From Octopus sinensis (taxonomy: Eukaryota), in assembly GCF_006345805.1 (NCBI RefSeq), contig NC_043011.1, positions 44,900,464 to 44,964,463 of the forward strand: a DNA stretch of 64,000 nt, given 5' to 3'. Under the pieces are notes generated by a model. That model was given only the letters and a program-made list of their open reading frames with translations, searched no databases and had not been told where the DNA came from. The translations under genes and the position numbers were made by a program. Positions 53,167 through 64,000 of this stretch are shown here, one piece after another (within the stretch, counting starts at the first letter, position 1; every line of letters starts with the position of its first letter).

Positions 53167-55261
53167 TAATTAAATAACAAATAAACATACAAAACTAAAC
53201 TCCTTCTTACTTCTTTGTTTTATCGACAACAAAGACGTGACTAGAGTTTCGCTTTTATCTATCCTAGGAGAAAGAAAAGAATAGTCAGCGTCTACGACAT
53301 TTGAACTGTGAACGTGAAAAAAAGCGCAATACAAAGTTCTTTTTGTTTGATGACGTCTCTACCAATAGTGGCAAATGATACGATTGTCTGGAAGATGACC
53401 AGAAACTTTGACTGTTCGGAACATTTACTAAATGGAAAATTAAAAAGATGGAAAGAAAGCAGGGTAGCGGGGAAGGCTTATTGAAAAAGAAAAGGGAAAA
53501 AAAAATCAGAAATTTTTTTATTGGATCCGAGAAAATCCCTGGTTTCAAAGATCTCAAAGCGTCCAATGAATTTTGTTATTAATAAATATGGTGCCACGTT
53601 CTGGTAAAAACATGACACCATATGTCTGTGTGGTAAGAAGTTTGTATCTTAGCCACATGGTTCCGGGTTCGGTCCCACTGCGTAACAACTTGGGCAAGTG
53701 TCTTCTGCTATAGCCTCGGAGCGACCAAAGCCTTCTGAGTGGACTTGCTAGGGGAAAACTTATATATATATATATATATATGTATAAATTCGCACACACA
53801 CATAAATATATATAAATATTTATATATGTGTGTATGAGTTTGTGTTTGTTCTCTATCATCGCTTGACAACCGGTGTAGGTTTGTTTATTTCCATGTGACT
53901 TAGTAGCCAAAGAAACCGATAGAATAAGTACCAGGCTCTATAAAGTAAGTACCGAGGTCAATTTGTTCGACTAAAACCCTGCAAAGCAGTGCCCCAGCGT
54001 GGCCGCAGTCCAATGACTGAAACAAGTAAGACATAAAGATATACATCGGTGTGTGCGTGTGTGTGTATAAAAGGTTGCTTGTTGCGGCCCGTCAGAGAGT
54101 GACCATTGTTTTCGCACCTATAAGGCGCTTGGTTGTCTAGGTGACTGGTCAAAATCAAATTGGAAATATAAATAGACGAATAAAGATTTCGTGTTTATAT
54201 ATTGGATTTCATTTTCTATTCTGGTCGTACCAAAATATTCCTTTTCTAAATTCATTTTTCACATAACCCAAGACGTCAGTCAGTAGTCAACTTCAAAATA
54301 CGACAAATTTTCTAAATAACGCTACCGTTGCCTTGAAGGGAAATAACCGCTTACGAATTGGAAGGGAAATAAATCTTCAAGCGAATAAGGGAAGTAATTT
54401 CCATCCTACTGTTAAAACAATGCATGGTAAAATTCATGACATACTGATTTCAAATTTTGTCACAAGGCCAGCAATTTCGGGGAAGCGGGTTTAACTGATT
54501 ACATCGACCTCAATGCTTAACTGGTACTCATTTCATCGACCCTGAAAGGTAAAGTCGACCGCGATGGAAATTGAACTCAGAACGTAAAGACGGACAGAAT
54601 GCAGTTAAGCGTTTTGCCTAACGTGCTAACGTTTCTTATTTCTTTATGGCTCACGAGGGGCTGAACACAGGGGGTACAAACAAGGACAGACAAAGGGATT
54701 AAGTCGATTACATCAACCCCAGTGTGTAACTGGTACTTAATTTATCGACCCCGAAAGGATGAAAGGCAAAGTTGACCTCGGCGGAATTTGAACTCAGAAC
54801 GTAGCGGCAGACAAAATACCTATTTCTTTACTACCTACAAGGGGCTAAACACAGAGAGGACAAACAAGGACAGACAAACGGATTAAGTCGATTATACGTA
54901 GCGGCAGACGAAATACCGGTAAGCATTTCGCCCGGCGTGCTAACTATTCTGCCAGCTCGCCGCCCTCACGGATGTCATATATTAGATCTATGTTAGGTGG
55001 TGAGCCGGCAGAATCGTTAGCATGGCGAGCAAAATGCTTAGGGGCATTTCGTCCGACTTTACGTTCTAATTTCAAATTCCGCCGAGTTTGACTTTGCCTT
55101 TCATCCTTTCGTGATCGACAAAATAAGTACCAGTTGAATACTGCGATCAATGTAATCGACTATCTTCTTCCCTTAAATTTCAGGCCTTGTGCCTATAGTA
55201 CAGAGGATTACTTTTGTAAAAAAATAACATAAGTAAAAGATACCTGTCTCTCCCAGAGAAA

Positions 55262-55510
55262 CATTTTCCAGAAAATTACAGGTAAGGAAAATATTTAACA
55301 GGCGCACGATAAAATTATCATATAGCTGCTGCCCCAATATAAAAAGCATCATTACATGTGAACAACACCTAGCAGCCGCTCCCAGTTGTAAACGTGGAGA
55401 CCCAGGAACTTGTCCACTCGATGAGGGGCGAATGCTTAAATCTCTCATATGTAAGGTAGGAGTTACAGCAACGCTGGATGGTAACACAACCGATAAGAAC
55501 TATGTGAAAG
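55262..55510 (+). mobile_element. Penelope-like RT-endonuclease linker remnant
   Basis: HFPENYR/RKIFNRRTIKLSYSCCPNIKSII...SCKRGDPGTCPLDEG..LKSLICKV...DKNYV: the KIFNRxTxKxSYSCxPN and CPLDG motifs of PLEs. Confidence 0.7.
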
Positions 55511-56215
55511 CGAAGTCAAAAATTGCTGTGCTATCACATATCTTCCTTCCGACACAGGGATAAAAGTAAAGCTAGCCAAGAATGGAGTATGAAGTCGAAC
55601 ACCATACCACATACGATAAAGTGGAAAGTAGTCGAATAATCCACACCATATGTTAACGGATCAGAAAAATGAAAGCTATGCATAGCTCAAAAAACTCAGA
55701 TCCTTTTCAGATCTAAGAACTCTAACTCACTGATAAATTCTAGATCCGAAATTTTTAGCGCTTCTAAGCATATGGCTAAATTCCTGTTGACGAACTGGAA
55801 AGTTCCACCCTCTCCGAATTGAACAGCTGTACCTCACTAAGCTACTATCTTTTCAGCCTTATACTTTACGGTCTAAGGGGAATAACTCTAATGCCATGTG
55901 TCCCCTGTTGCTTTTTTTTCCGTTTTCCGGTTTTTTAGCCTTCCACCTTTTATATCTACTTCATTCTAGTCCTCTCTCGTTTTTTCTCTCATCCTATTTT
56001 CCCATTTTTAGTTTGTTATGCCATGTGGGCAGTGTCTGATGATTGTGCTAGGACATCAGATGTGTTAAAAAATACTGTCTGGCATGCTCTCATCACATGA
56101 AAATAATAGTAGCACATAAAAAACATATATTGTGTTTACCAAATAATATTTATCTCTCACCAGATGGAGTACTTTTTTGTTGATCTTAACATCACGGAAC
56201 TGTACACTATGTATG

Positions 56216-56249
<34 letters not shown>

Positions 56250-56282
56250 TGTATGTATGTATGTATGTATGTATGTATGTAT

Positions 56283-56690
56283 GTTCCTGACTTTCAATAG
56301 CACCGTCCTACCTGTGCTCTTATACGCAGATGAGATGTGGAGTATTATGAAGAGGATAGAGCATCGATTGGCTACGGTGCAAAGAGCCATGGGAAGATCG
56401 TGGTAGGAATGTTATTATGAAAGCATATTTGAGATAATTCAAGAACGGAGCAGACCAAAAGATATTATTGCAGATCAACGAAAGCAGCCGTTCCGCTGGG
56501 CTAGATACGTCCTAGGGTTCACAGACATCAGGTGAACTCGCTTGGTTGCCGAGTGGTGTCCAGGAAATCGGAAAAGGTCACTTGGAAGGTCTCCTCGACG
56601 ATGGGAAGAAGATTTGGTTAAACGATTTGGATTGAAATAGAAAAGAATGGTTTAATCAAGACAGAATTGGAAGTGCATTGTGATCAGTGG
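56283..56690 (+). mobile_element. RTE-like LINE 3' remnant
   Basis: FNSTVLPVLLYADEMWS...LATVQRAMGRS, RWARYV, EWCPGNRKRSLGRSPRRWEEDL: RTE C-terminal motifs. Confidence 0.75.
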
Positions 56691-58298
56691 GGTGCAATAG
56701 GATTTGATGGTCTGGTCAATACTGTGATACCCTAATAACATATATACAATGCAAAAACACCCTGCTGACTGCGACAATCAGCGAATTAGAAATGAAATTT
56801 AGAAACTTATTCTGTCTGTGCGGCGGCGGTACAAAATAATCCGCAACCCTGTGATTGAAACCCCTGGTATGGGATAAGTTGCCTTAATTCAGGGTATTTT
56901 TTTATCTTTTACTTGTTTCAGCCATTCGACAGCGGCCATGCTAGGGCACCAGCTTGAGTTATTTTTAGTCGAATGAATCGTAACCGCTACATATTTTTTC
57001 ACAGACTGGTACTAATTCTATTGGGCCTCTTTTGCCGAACCGCTAACTCACGAGGACATAAACTCACCAACATCTGTTGTCAAGCTGTAGTCACACGCAC
57101 ACATGCACATGCGCGCGCACACACAAGTACGCACGCATTTAAGAGGAAGCGAAAATCGGGTGGGGGATATGAGCAGGGCGGGGATTTATAGTTATTTTTT
57201 TTGTTTTTATAATTGTTCCACTCATAAGACTGCGGCCATGCTGGGGCACCGCCTTGAAGAATATTTTAGACGAATGAATCGACCACAGTACTTTTTATTA
57301 AAGCCTGGTACTTATTCTATCGTTCTCCTTTGCCGAACCGCTAATTTACGGGAACGCAAACACACAAACACCGGTTGTCAAACGGTGGTGGGGGACAAAC
57401 ACAGATACACACACACACACATACAATCAACGCCGCCACACACACACATATACGACGGATTTCTTTCAGTTTCCGTCTACCAAATCCATTAAAAATGCTT
57501 TTGTGGGTTTGAAGCTATGGTAGAAGATACTTCCTCAAGGTGCTACACTGTGGGACTGAACCCAGAACCACATGGTCGGGAAGCAAACTTCTTACCACAG
57601 AGCCACGGCAACGCCTATAATTATCACTCAGTTATGCATGCGCATGGATAGAAATATCAGCTGCAAAATGTACTTCAAAATCCTCAAAATCGTATCACAG
57701 TTTGTACACGTGATGATGGTACATGTTTTGAGAATTATAGAAGGTTATGAGAAAACAGAGTTAGAAGGGAGCAGAGGTGGTGAGGAGATAGGGAGATGGG
57801 GAGATAGGGATCCTCAGCTCCACCCACCAAATATTTTTTTCTGTGAAATGTTATCATCCTAATCATAATTTACACTCACAAGAAAAAAAACCGTATCTGG
57901 TACAAATCTCATTTAAGGAAAGTAAAAAATGCAGTTTTCAAAAAATTACTAGGATGCAAACAGACCTGGAGTAGATAGGTCATGTCATTTAAGCGGAAGC
58001 GAAAATCGGGTGGAAGTGGGGGTATGGGGGTGGGGGGCGGGGATTTATAGTTTTTTTTGTTGTTCTTATACTTGTTCCAGTCATTAGACTGTAGTCATGC
58101 TGGGGCACCGCCCTGAAGATTTTTTTTTTAGTCGATTGAATCGACCACAGTGCTTTTTATTAAAGCCTGGTACTTATTCTATCGTTCTCCTTTGTCGAAC
58201 TGCTAAGTTACGGGAACGCAAACACACAAACACCGGTTGTCAAACGGTGGTGGGAGACAAACACACACACACACACCACACACACACATATATATATA

Positions 58299-58341
<43 letters not shown>

Positions 58342-59344
58342 ATATATATAACATATATATGTAGGTGCAGTGGTGGCTGTGTTGTAAGTAGCTTGCTTCA
58401 CAGCCACATGGTTCTGGGTTCAGTCCCACTGCGTGACATCTTGGGTAAGAGTCTTCTACTATAGCCTCGGGCCGACCAAAGCCTTGTGAGTGGATTTTGT
58501 AGACGGAAGCTAAAAGAAGCCCGTCGTATATATGTGTGTGTGGATATGTTTGTGTGTCTGTGTTTGTCCCTCCCCAAACCCACACCCCTACGAGATTTTC
58601 GCTTCCTCTTAAATGACATGACCTTTCTACTCCAGGTATGTTTGCCTCCTAATAATTTTTTGAAAACTGCATTTTTTACTTTTCTTAAATGAGATTTGTA
58701 CCAGATACGGTTGGTCCCCCATAACTTAGCGATTCGGCAAAAGTTACCGATAGACTAAGTACTAGGTTTACAAAGAATAACTCCTGGGGTCGATTTGTTC
58801 GATCAAAAGTGGTGCTCCAAAATGGCCGCTGTCAAATCAATGAAACAAATAAAAGTATATATATATATATATAAGGAATCGGAGTGACAATCAATAGTAA
58901 TCATAGACATTAAATACTGATCAATGCGGTTAGCCATAACCTGGAACATAACTGAGAGCCACCACGGTATCCGATCGGATGATATATCCCCCTAAATTCA
59001 TACACACACACACGCACGCACATATATATATATACGACGGGCTTCTTTCAGTTTCCGTCTACCAAATCCACTCAAAAGTCTTTGATTGGCCTGAAGCTAT
59101 AATAGAAGACACTTACCCAAGATATCACGGAATTATGTGGTTGGGAAGCAAGCTTCTTACCACACAGCCACGGAACGTTTTTAAGTCCCAAATCGAATCC
59201 GTTTCCATTTATTTTATTCCAAGATGTGATGTTTATGGTAACACGAAATTACCGAAGATGAAAGAGTCGGACCGAAATCCAGGACTGCATGATTGCGACA
59301 TGATCTTCTTATCCACTCAATAATCTGTCTCTTAATTCCGATAG

Positions 59345-59860
59345 ATGGTTATACCCCTATTGTACCCAGACAAGAACCTCGTGTTCTAATGACACAAGTA
59401 TACCCCTATTATACCAAGACAATATTTCATGCGAGATATTAGATGGTATAGTCCTTTTGTGCCCTGAGAAGTACCCCATGTGTTATAGAAACATGTATAT
59501 CCCTGTTATACCCTGACAGCTGCTCCATGTGCTATCAAAACAGGTATACCCCTGTGACAACCTGACAAGTATCCCATATTTTATAAAAGCTGGTATACTC
59601 CTGTTATATCCTGATATCTACCACACGTTTCATAGAAACAGGTATACCTCTATTATACCCCGACAAGTACCCAGAGCGTTATAGATGCAGGTAAACTAAA
59701 CTTATACCCCGGCAAGTACTCCAGAAACATGTACACCCTTGTTATACCCCGAGAAGTACCCCAACAAGTACCATATGCTATATGGAAGCAAATATACCCC
59801 GATTATACTTCGACAAGTACTCTGTGTATTATAGAAGCAAGTTAATCACTATTATACAAG
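59345..59860 (+). repeat. Degenerate 49-bp tandem repeat (about 10 units)
   Basis: TATACCCC-like anchors at 59350, 59399, 59447, 59496, 59545, 59594, 59643 and 59692. Confidence 0.8.
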
Positions 59861-61976
59861 TATTTTATTTTTTATATAGAACTACTAGCGCCTGGTAAAC
59901 ATTTAAAAAAATACATAGTATTTTTATTGGTGTAATTTAATCAAACAAATAATAGGGTGTTTATAATGTCACATCAAGTAAATAGCGGAATAATTATTAA
60001 CAGATAACGCTGCTGATTCACTGAATTTACTATGATGAGACTGACGCAGGAGTCAATTGCAACAATAGGTCGGAACAAATAGCACACGGTATTTTTGTTA
60101 GTAAACACCGGCTCATCGTTTCTGTGTTGGGTTATCGGCAAAGTATAGAAATAGCGGTAGAAGCAATAGAAATATAACTTTATTTTCAAGAGTAAATTTA
60201 TAAATCCTTGCTTCTTTAGCTGTAAATTTGTCTAGATTTCTGTGCATTGCTTTCATCAAAAAACAAAAATATGTGTACAGACATCCGATGGCACTCCGGA
60301 GAAAATCGATTAAAGCTGTTCATCATTTTGTAGGTGCAAGCGAGATTGTGTAGTTTGAAGTTTGCTTCCTAACCACATGGCTCTGGGTTCAGGCCCACTA
60401 AGTGGCATCTTGAGCAAGTATCTTTCTACTATAACCTTGGGGTGTCCAAAGCCTTGTGAATGGATTTGGTAGACGAAAACTGAAAGAAGCCTGTTGTGTG
60501 TGTGTGTTTATATTTGTCATCGTCTGCCGCTTGACAACAAACGTTGGTTTGTTTAGTCTCCGTAACTGAGCAGTTCTACAAAAGAGACTGACAGAATAAG
60601 TACCAGGCTTTAAAAAATAAATGTTAAGGCCCATTTATTCGACTAAACCTCTCAAGGCAGTACCCCAGTATGGCCGCAGTTCAATGACTGAAACCAGAGA
60701 TAACAGATGTACATATGCGTTTTTCAGAAGTTTTTATCTTCCAAAAATTCAACTTACAAAATTATTGGTCATCTAAGGATAATAATACTAAGGATAATAG
60801 TACTGTGCACTGGGTTAGAAACTGGAACCTTATGTTAGCGAAGTGAAGTTCTCGACCACAGCCAAATTTCTCTCAAAACGAGAATACTTTTCCGCAGCAG
60901 ATTTCAACTATCAACAAGTCAACTGACTATTCAATTCTGGTTAAGGTCACCTGCCAAACGAAGTCTATTGTGATGTTGTTTTGGAGAGAAAATATAGACA
61001 ATCTAAGACGTTTTAGGACTGTGGTCAGTCTATGAAAGTTATAAACAGTAAATGATGACAACAATAAACGATTTTTTTTTTTTGTTTGTTCAACATTGCC
61101 TTCTATCCTGTCGGGAGCCGATAAAAGTACAGATGATGAACAGGGGTCGTTTATAATATTCCTATGAAGTATCGCAGATGTGAATGCTATATAAACCTTT
61201 GAGGTGAGGGGAATAGTTGACAGGTACTTATTTTACCCTTATTTTACCAAATCCGAAAGGGTGAAAGGCAAAGTCGACCGCGACGGAATCTGAAGTCAGA
61301 ACGTGAAGACGGACGAAATGCCGCTAAGCATTTTGTCCAATGCTCTAACGATTCTTTCTGCCAGTACGCCGCTTTGAATGGTATTACAACGCAAAGCGAA
61401 CCAGCATCTTGAACAGCAGACGATTCCAAAAGCTTGGACATAGAAAGGCCGATTCTATCATCTGGGATATATATATATATATCAGCCGAAATTGCTAAGA
61501 TGATCTGGTTCTTGACTGATGACTGAGGGCTTCGAATGTCCCGTCCTGTGGTTCTTGTGTCGTCTCTGTGGTGTTTCATGTTCTTGTCCATGTCTGTATT
61601 TAATTTTAATGTTTACCTATATATATATATATATATATATCTCCCATATGATAGAATCGGCCTTTCTATGTCCAAGAGAGAGAGAGAGAGAAGATGTGAA
61701 TTAAAGCCTAATATATGTATGCCGTGTACAGCAGAGACAACGCCTCTGAATGCCGGGTCATAAATGGGGGACCGGAAGTGATGTAACCAACCACAACATG
61801 ACACAAATAGGAATATTTACATTTACATTCTCTTCGTTCTCCACAATTTCGTATTTTAATGTGTCACACATTTGTTTGTATACCAGAAGGAAACCCTTTC
61901 TTTTATAAAAATCCATAATAATTTATACTAATTTACGAGGAATTCATTTCAATGAAATATTTGCCCCAAATATATC

Positions 61977-62008
<32 letters not shown>

Positions 62009-62444
62009 TGTAGTATGTATGTATGTATGTATGTATGTATGTGTGTGTTTATGTATGTATATATGTATGAGATATATATATATATGTATGTATAATACAC
62101 ACACACATACATATATGCACGTACATGCCTACACATACATGCATACATACATACATACGTACACACACACACACACACATATATATAATATAGGACAATC
62201 AGTTGTCCTAATAATACTCAGAGTTTCAGATGCCGGGGCTAAAAGACATCCTCATCAGTTATTAATGGACATGAGTTAAAATAATAGAATAAGAACAGTA
62301 ATAAACGAGTGAAGAAAAAATATAAGGTGCTTGTGGTTATTTGGCAAAAAAAAAAAAAAAATGACCATCCCAAAATACAACAATATCTGTTTCAACACAT
62401 GATTTCATATCAGGAATGTTGCAAGATGAATCTCTCTCTCTCTC

Positions 62445-62486
<42 letters not shown>

Positions 62487-62488
62487 CA

Positions 62489-62537
<49 letters not shown>

Positions 62538-62539
62538 AC

Positions 62540-62604
<65 letters not shown>

Positions 62605-62628
62605 ATATATATATATTATATATATATA

Positions 62629-63134
62629 TCTATATATATAAAACTGTAGTTGTGTGAGTGTCTGTCCCCTTCGATTTAGATTCCTAACTCCTCCCACATT
62701 TTGCAGTGCAGTTTAACCAAATTCGGGTATCTTATAGTCGTGATTCATATCGAGCCCGTCTGGCTATTAGCGCGCGTCAACGATGAGTCTACGATTTTAA
62801 AAATAATTTAACATCATTTTTTATTCCATTTTAATGCATAAAATGCATCGTATGTCGATGGCGGCGGAGTTGGCGTCCACGCTCACAGCTGCACCTGTTT
62901 GCTTCTCCCCCTTCCCTCCCTCGTGAAGCTGTGGGGAAGGGAGTGTAAAGAAATCAACGTCGTAATGCGTTGTGAAGGAGACCAGCGTTCATTTAGAACA
63001 ACGACTTCATGGCTTGAAGACACCAAAACAAAAATGGCTAAGAAAGCCCGAATTTATAAGGGAAGTAACTCTCTAAAAATGCTTATATAGTTATTTCCCT
63101 TACAAACCCGAGCAACGCCGGGCGATACTGCTAG
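62629..63134 (+). mobile_element. Non-autonomous Helitron (same ends as the 32544 copy, different interior)
   Basis: A|TCTATATATATAAAA...ACCCGAGCAACGCCGGGCGATACTGCTAG|T. Confidence 0.8.
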
Positions 63135-63223
63135 TATATATATATATATACACATATACATATATCTGTATGAAAAAACAAGTCAAGATAGAAAATGCTA
63201 AAATAATTTTATAAAGAACATTT

Positions 63224-63260
63224 CAGTACCGGTTTCAGTCATTTCAGACCTTTTCAACTG
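63224..63260 (-). ncRNA. Hammerhead ribozyme, U3-A8 core variant (left arm of foldback)
   Basis: Minus strand CAG-TTGAAAA-GGTC tgaaat GACT-GAAAC-cg-GTA-CTG. Confidence 0.65.
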
Positions 63261-63397
63261 TAATGATTAAATAATTAAATTTAGAAAAATTAAAAGAAAA
63301 GTTTTTGGAAAATGCCACTTATATTTGAACACTAGACACATATTCTTTTAAAAAAACTTTTCTTTTAATTTTTCTAAATTTAATTATTTAATCATTA

Positions 63398-63434
63398 CAG
63401 TTGAAAAGGTCTCAAATGACAGAAACCGGTACTG
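63398..63434 (+). ncRNA. Hammerhead ribozyme, U3-A8 core variant (right arm of foldback)
   Basis: CAG-TTGAAAA-GGTC tcaaat GACA-GAAAC-cg-GTA-CTG; one mismatch at the base of stem II. Confidence 0.6.
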
Positions 63435-63726
63435 AAATGGTCTTTATAAAATTATTTTAGCATTTTCTATCTTGACTTGTTTTTTCATATATATCAACTC
63501 GTGTGTACTTTTTCATCCTTATACATATGTATATATATAAGTAGGTGAATGAATTATCCTGGGTAGCAAATTCACGTCAGAAAACACGGTTGAATCGACC
63601 TGTTAAGGGTAGAAACTCCGGGTTCTTGTGTGGAAATTTGTGTGTTTTTTATATATGAATAAATGAAAGAATGGAGTCGAATGAAGATGTTAGACTCCAT
63701 TCTTTCATTTATTCATATATATATAT

Positions 63727-63784
<58 letters not shown>

Positions 63785-64000
63785 CGAGGAATTTGTTTCA
63801 ATGAAATATTTGCCCCAATATATATGTATGTATGTGTTTATGTATGTATATATGTATGAGATATATATATGCGTGTATGTATGTATAATACACACACACA
63901 CATATACATATATGTTTTATCTTATATTATACTTTTTAACTTATATTAAACTTTTTAATACTTTTTGATAGTTATATATATTTAATAAAAAATAAATAAA

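Larger units (their letters stand above)
63169..63489. repeat. Near-perfect foldback (about 138-bp arms)
   Basis: TATGAAAAAACAAGTCAAGATAG... mirrored by ...CTATCTTGACTTGTTTTTTCATA. Confidence 0.9.

Noticed and set aside
44623-59860. CRISPR-like arrays (15-, 20- and 49-bp repeats)
   Set aside because: Head-to-tail repeats without unique spacers; eukaryotic context; no cas genes.
61770-61782. ETS-like CCGGAAGTG promoter element
   Set aside because: Single short motif with no downstream gene evidence in the window.
434-63968. Dozens of ORF-track entries rich in YI/HT/MYVC/ER/LS
   Set aside because: Translations of (TA)n, (CA)n, (CATA)n, (GA)n microsatellites or recurrent SINE bodies; no protein motifs.

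Overview
Eukaryotic, AT-rich, microsatellite- and SINE-saturated DNA; the repeat families suggest an octopod cephalopod (inference). One real protein-coding gene: a plus-strand SLC28-family concentrative nucleoside transporter with 10 exons mapped at GT-AG boundaries (8929-48840, about 580 aa; start exon uncertain). Exon 5 carries an apparent 1-nt deletion giving an in-frame TAA at 30394, which is either an assembly error or a pseudogenising lesion. Almost all other ORF-track entries are microsatellite or SINE translations. Introns and flanks hold three tRNA-derived SINE families, non-autonomous Helitrons, a Merlin-like and a pogo-like MITE, and hAT, RTE, Dong/R4 and Penelope-like (PLE) remnants. 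The most notable signal is about 10 minimal type I hammerhead-ribozyme-like motifs from unrelated repeat families: canonical cores, U3-A8 compensatory variants, long-stem-II forms, a tandem retrozyme-like dimer and a foldback pair. Several lie sense-strand inside the transporter pre-mRNA. All calls were made by eye; repeat boundaries are approximate and no activity is demonstrated.
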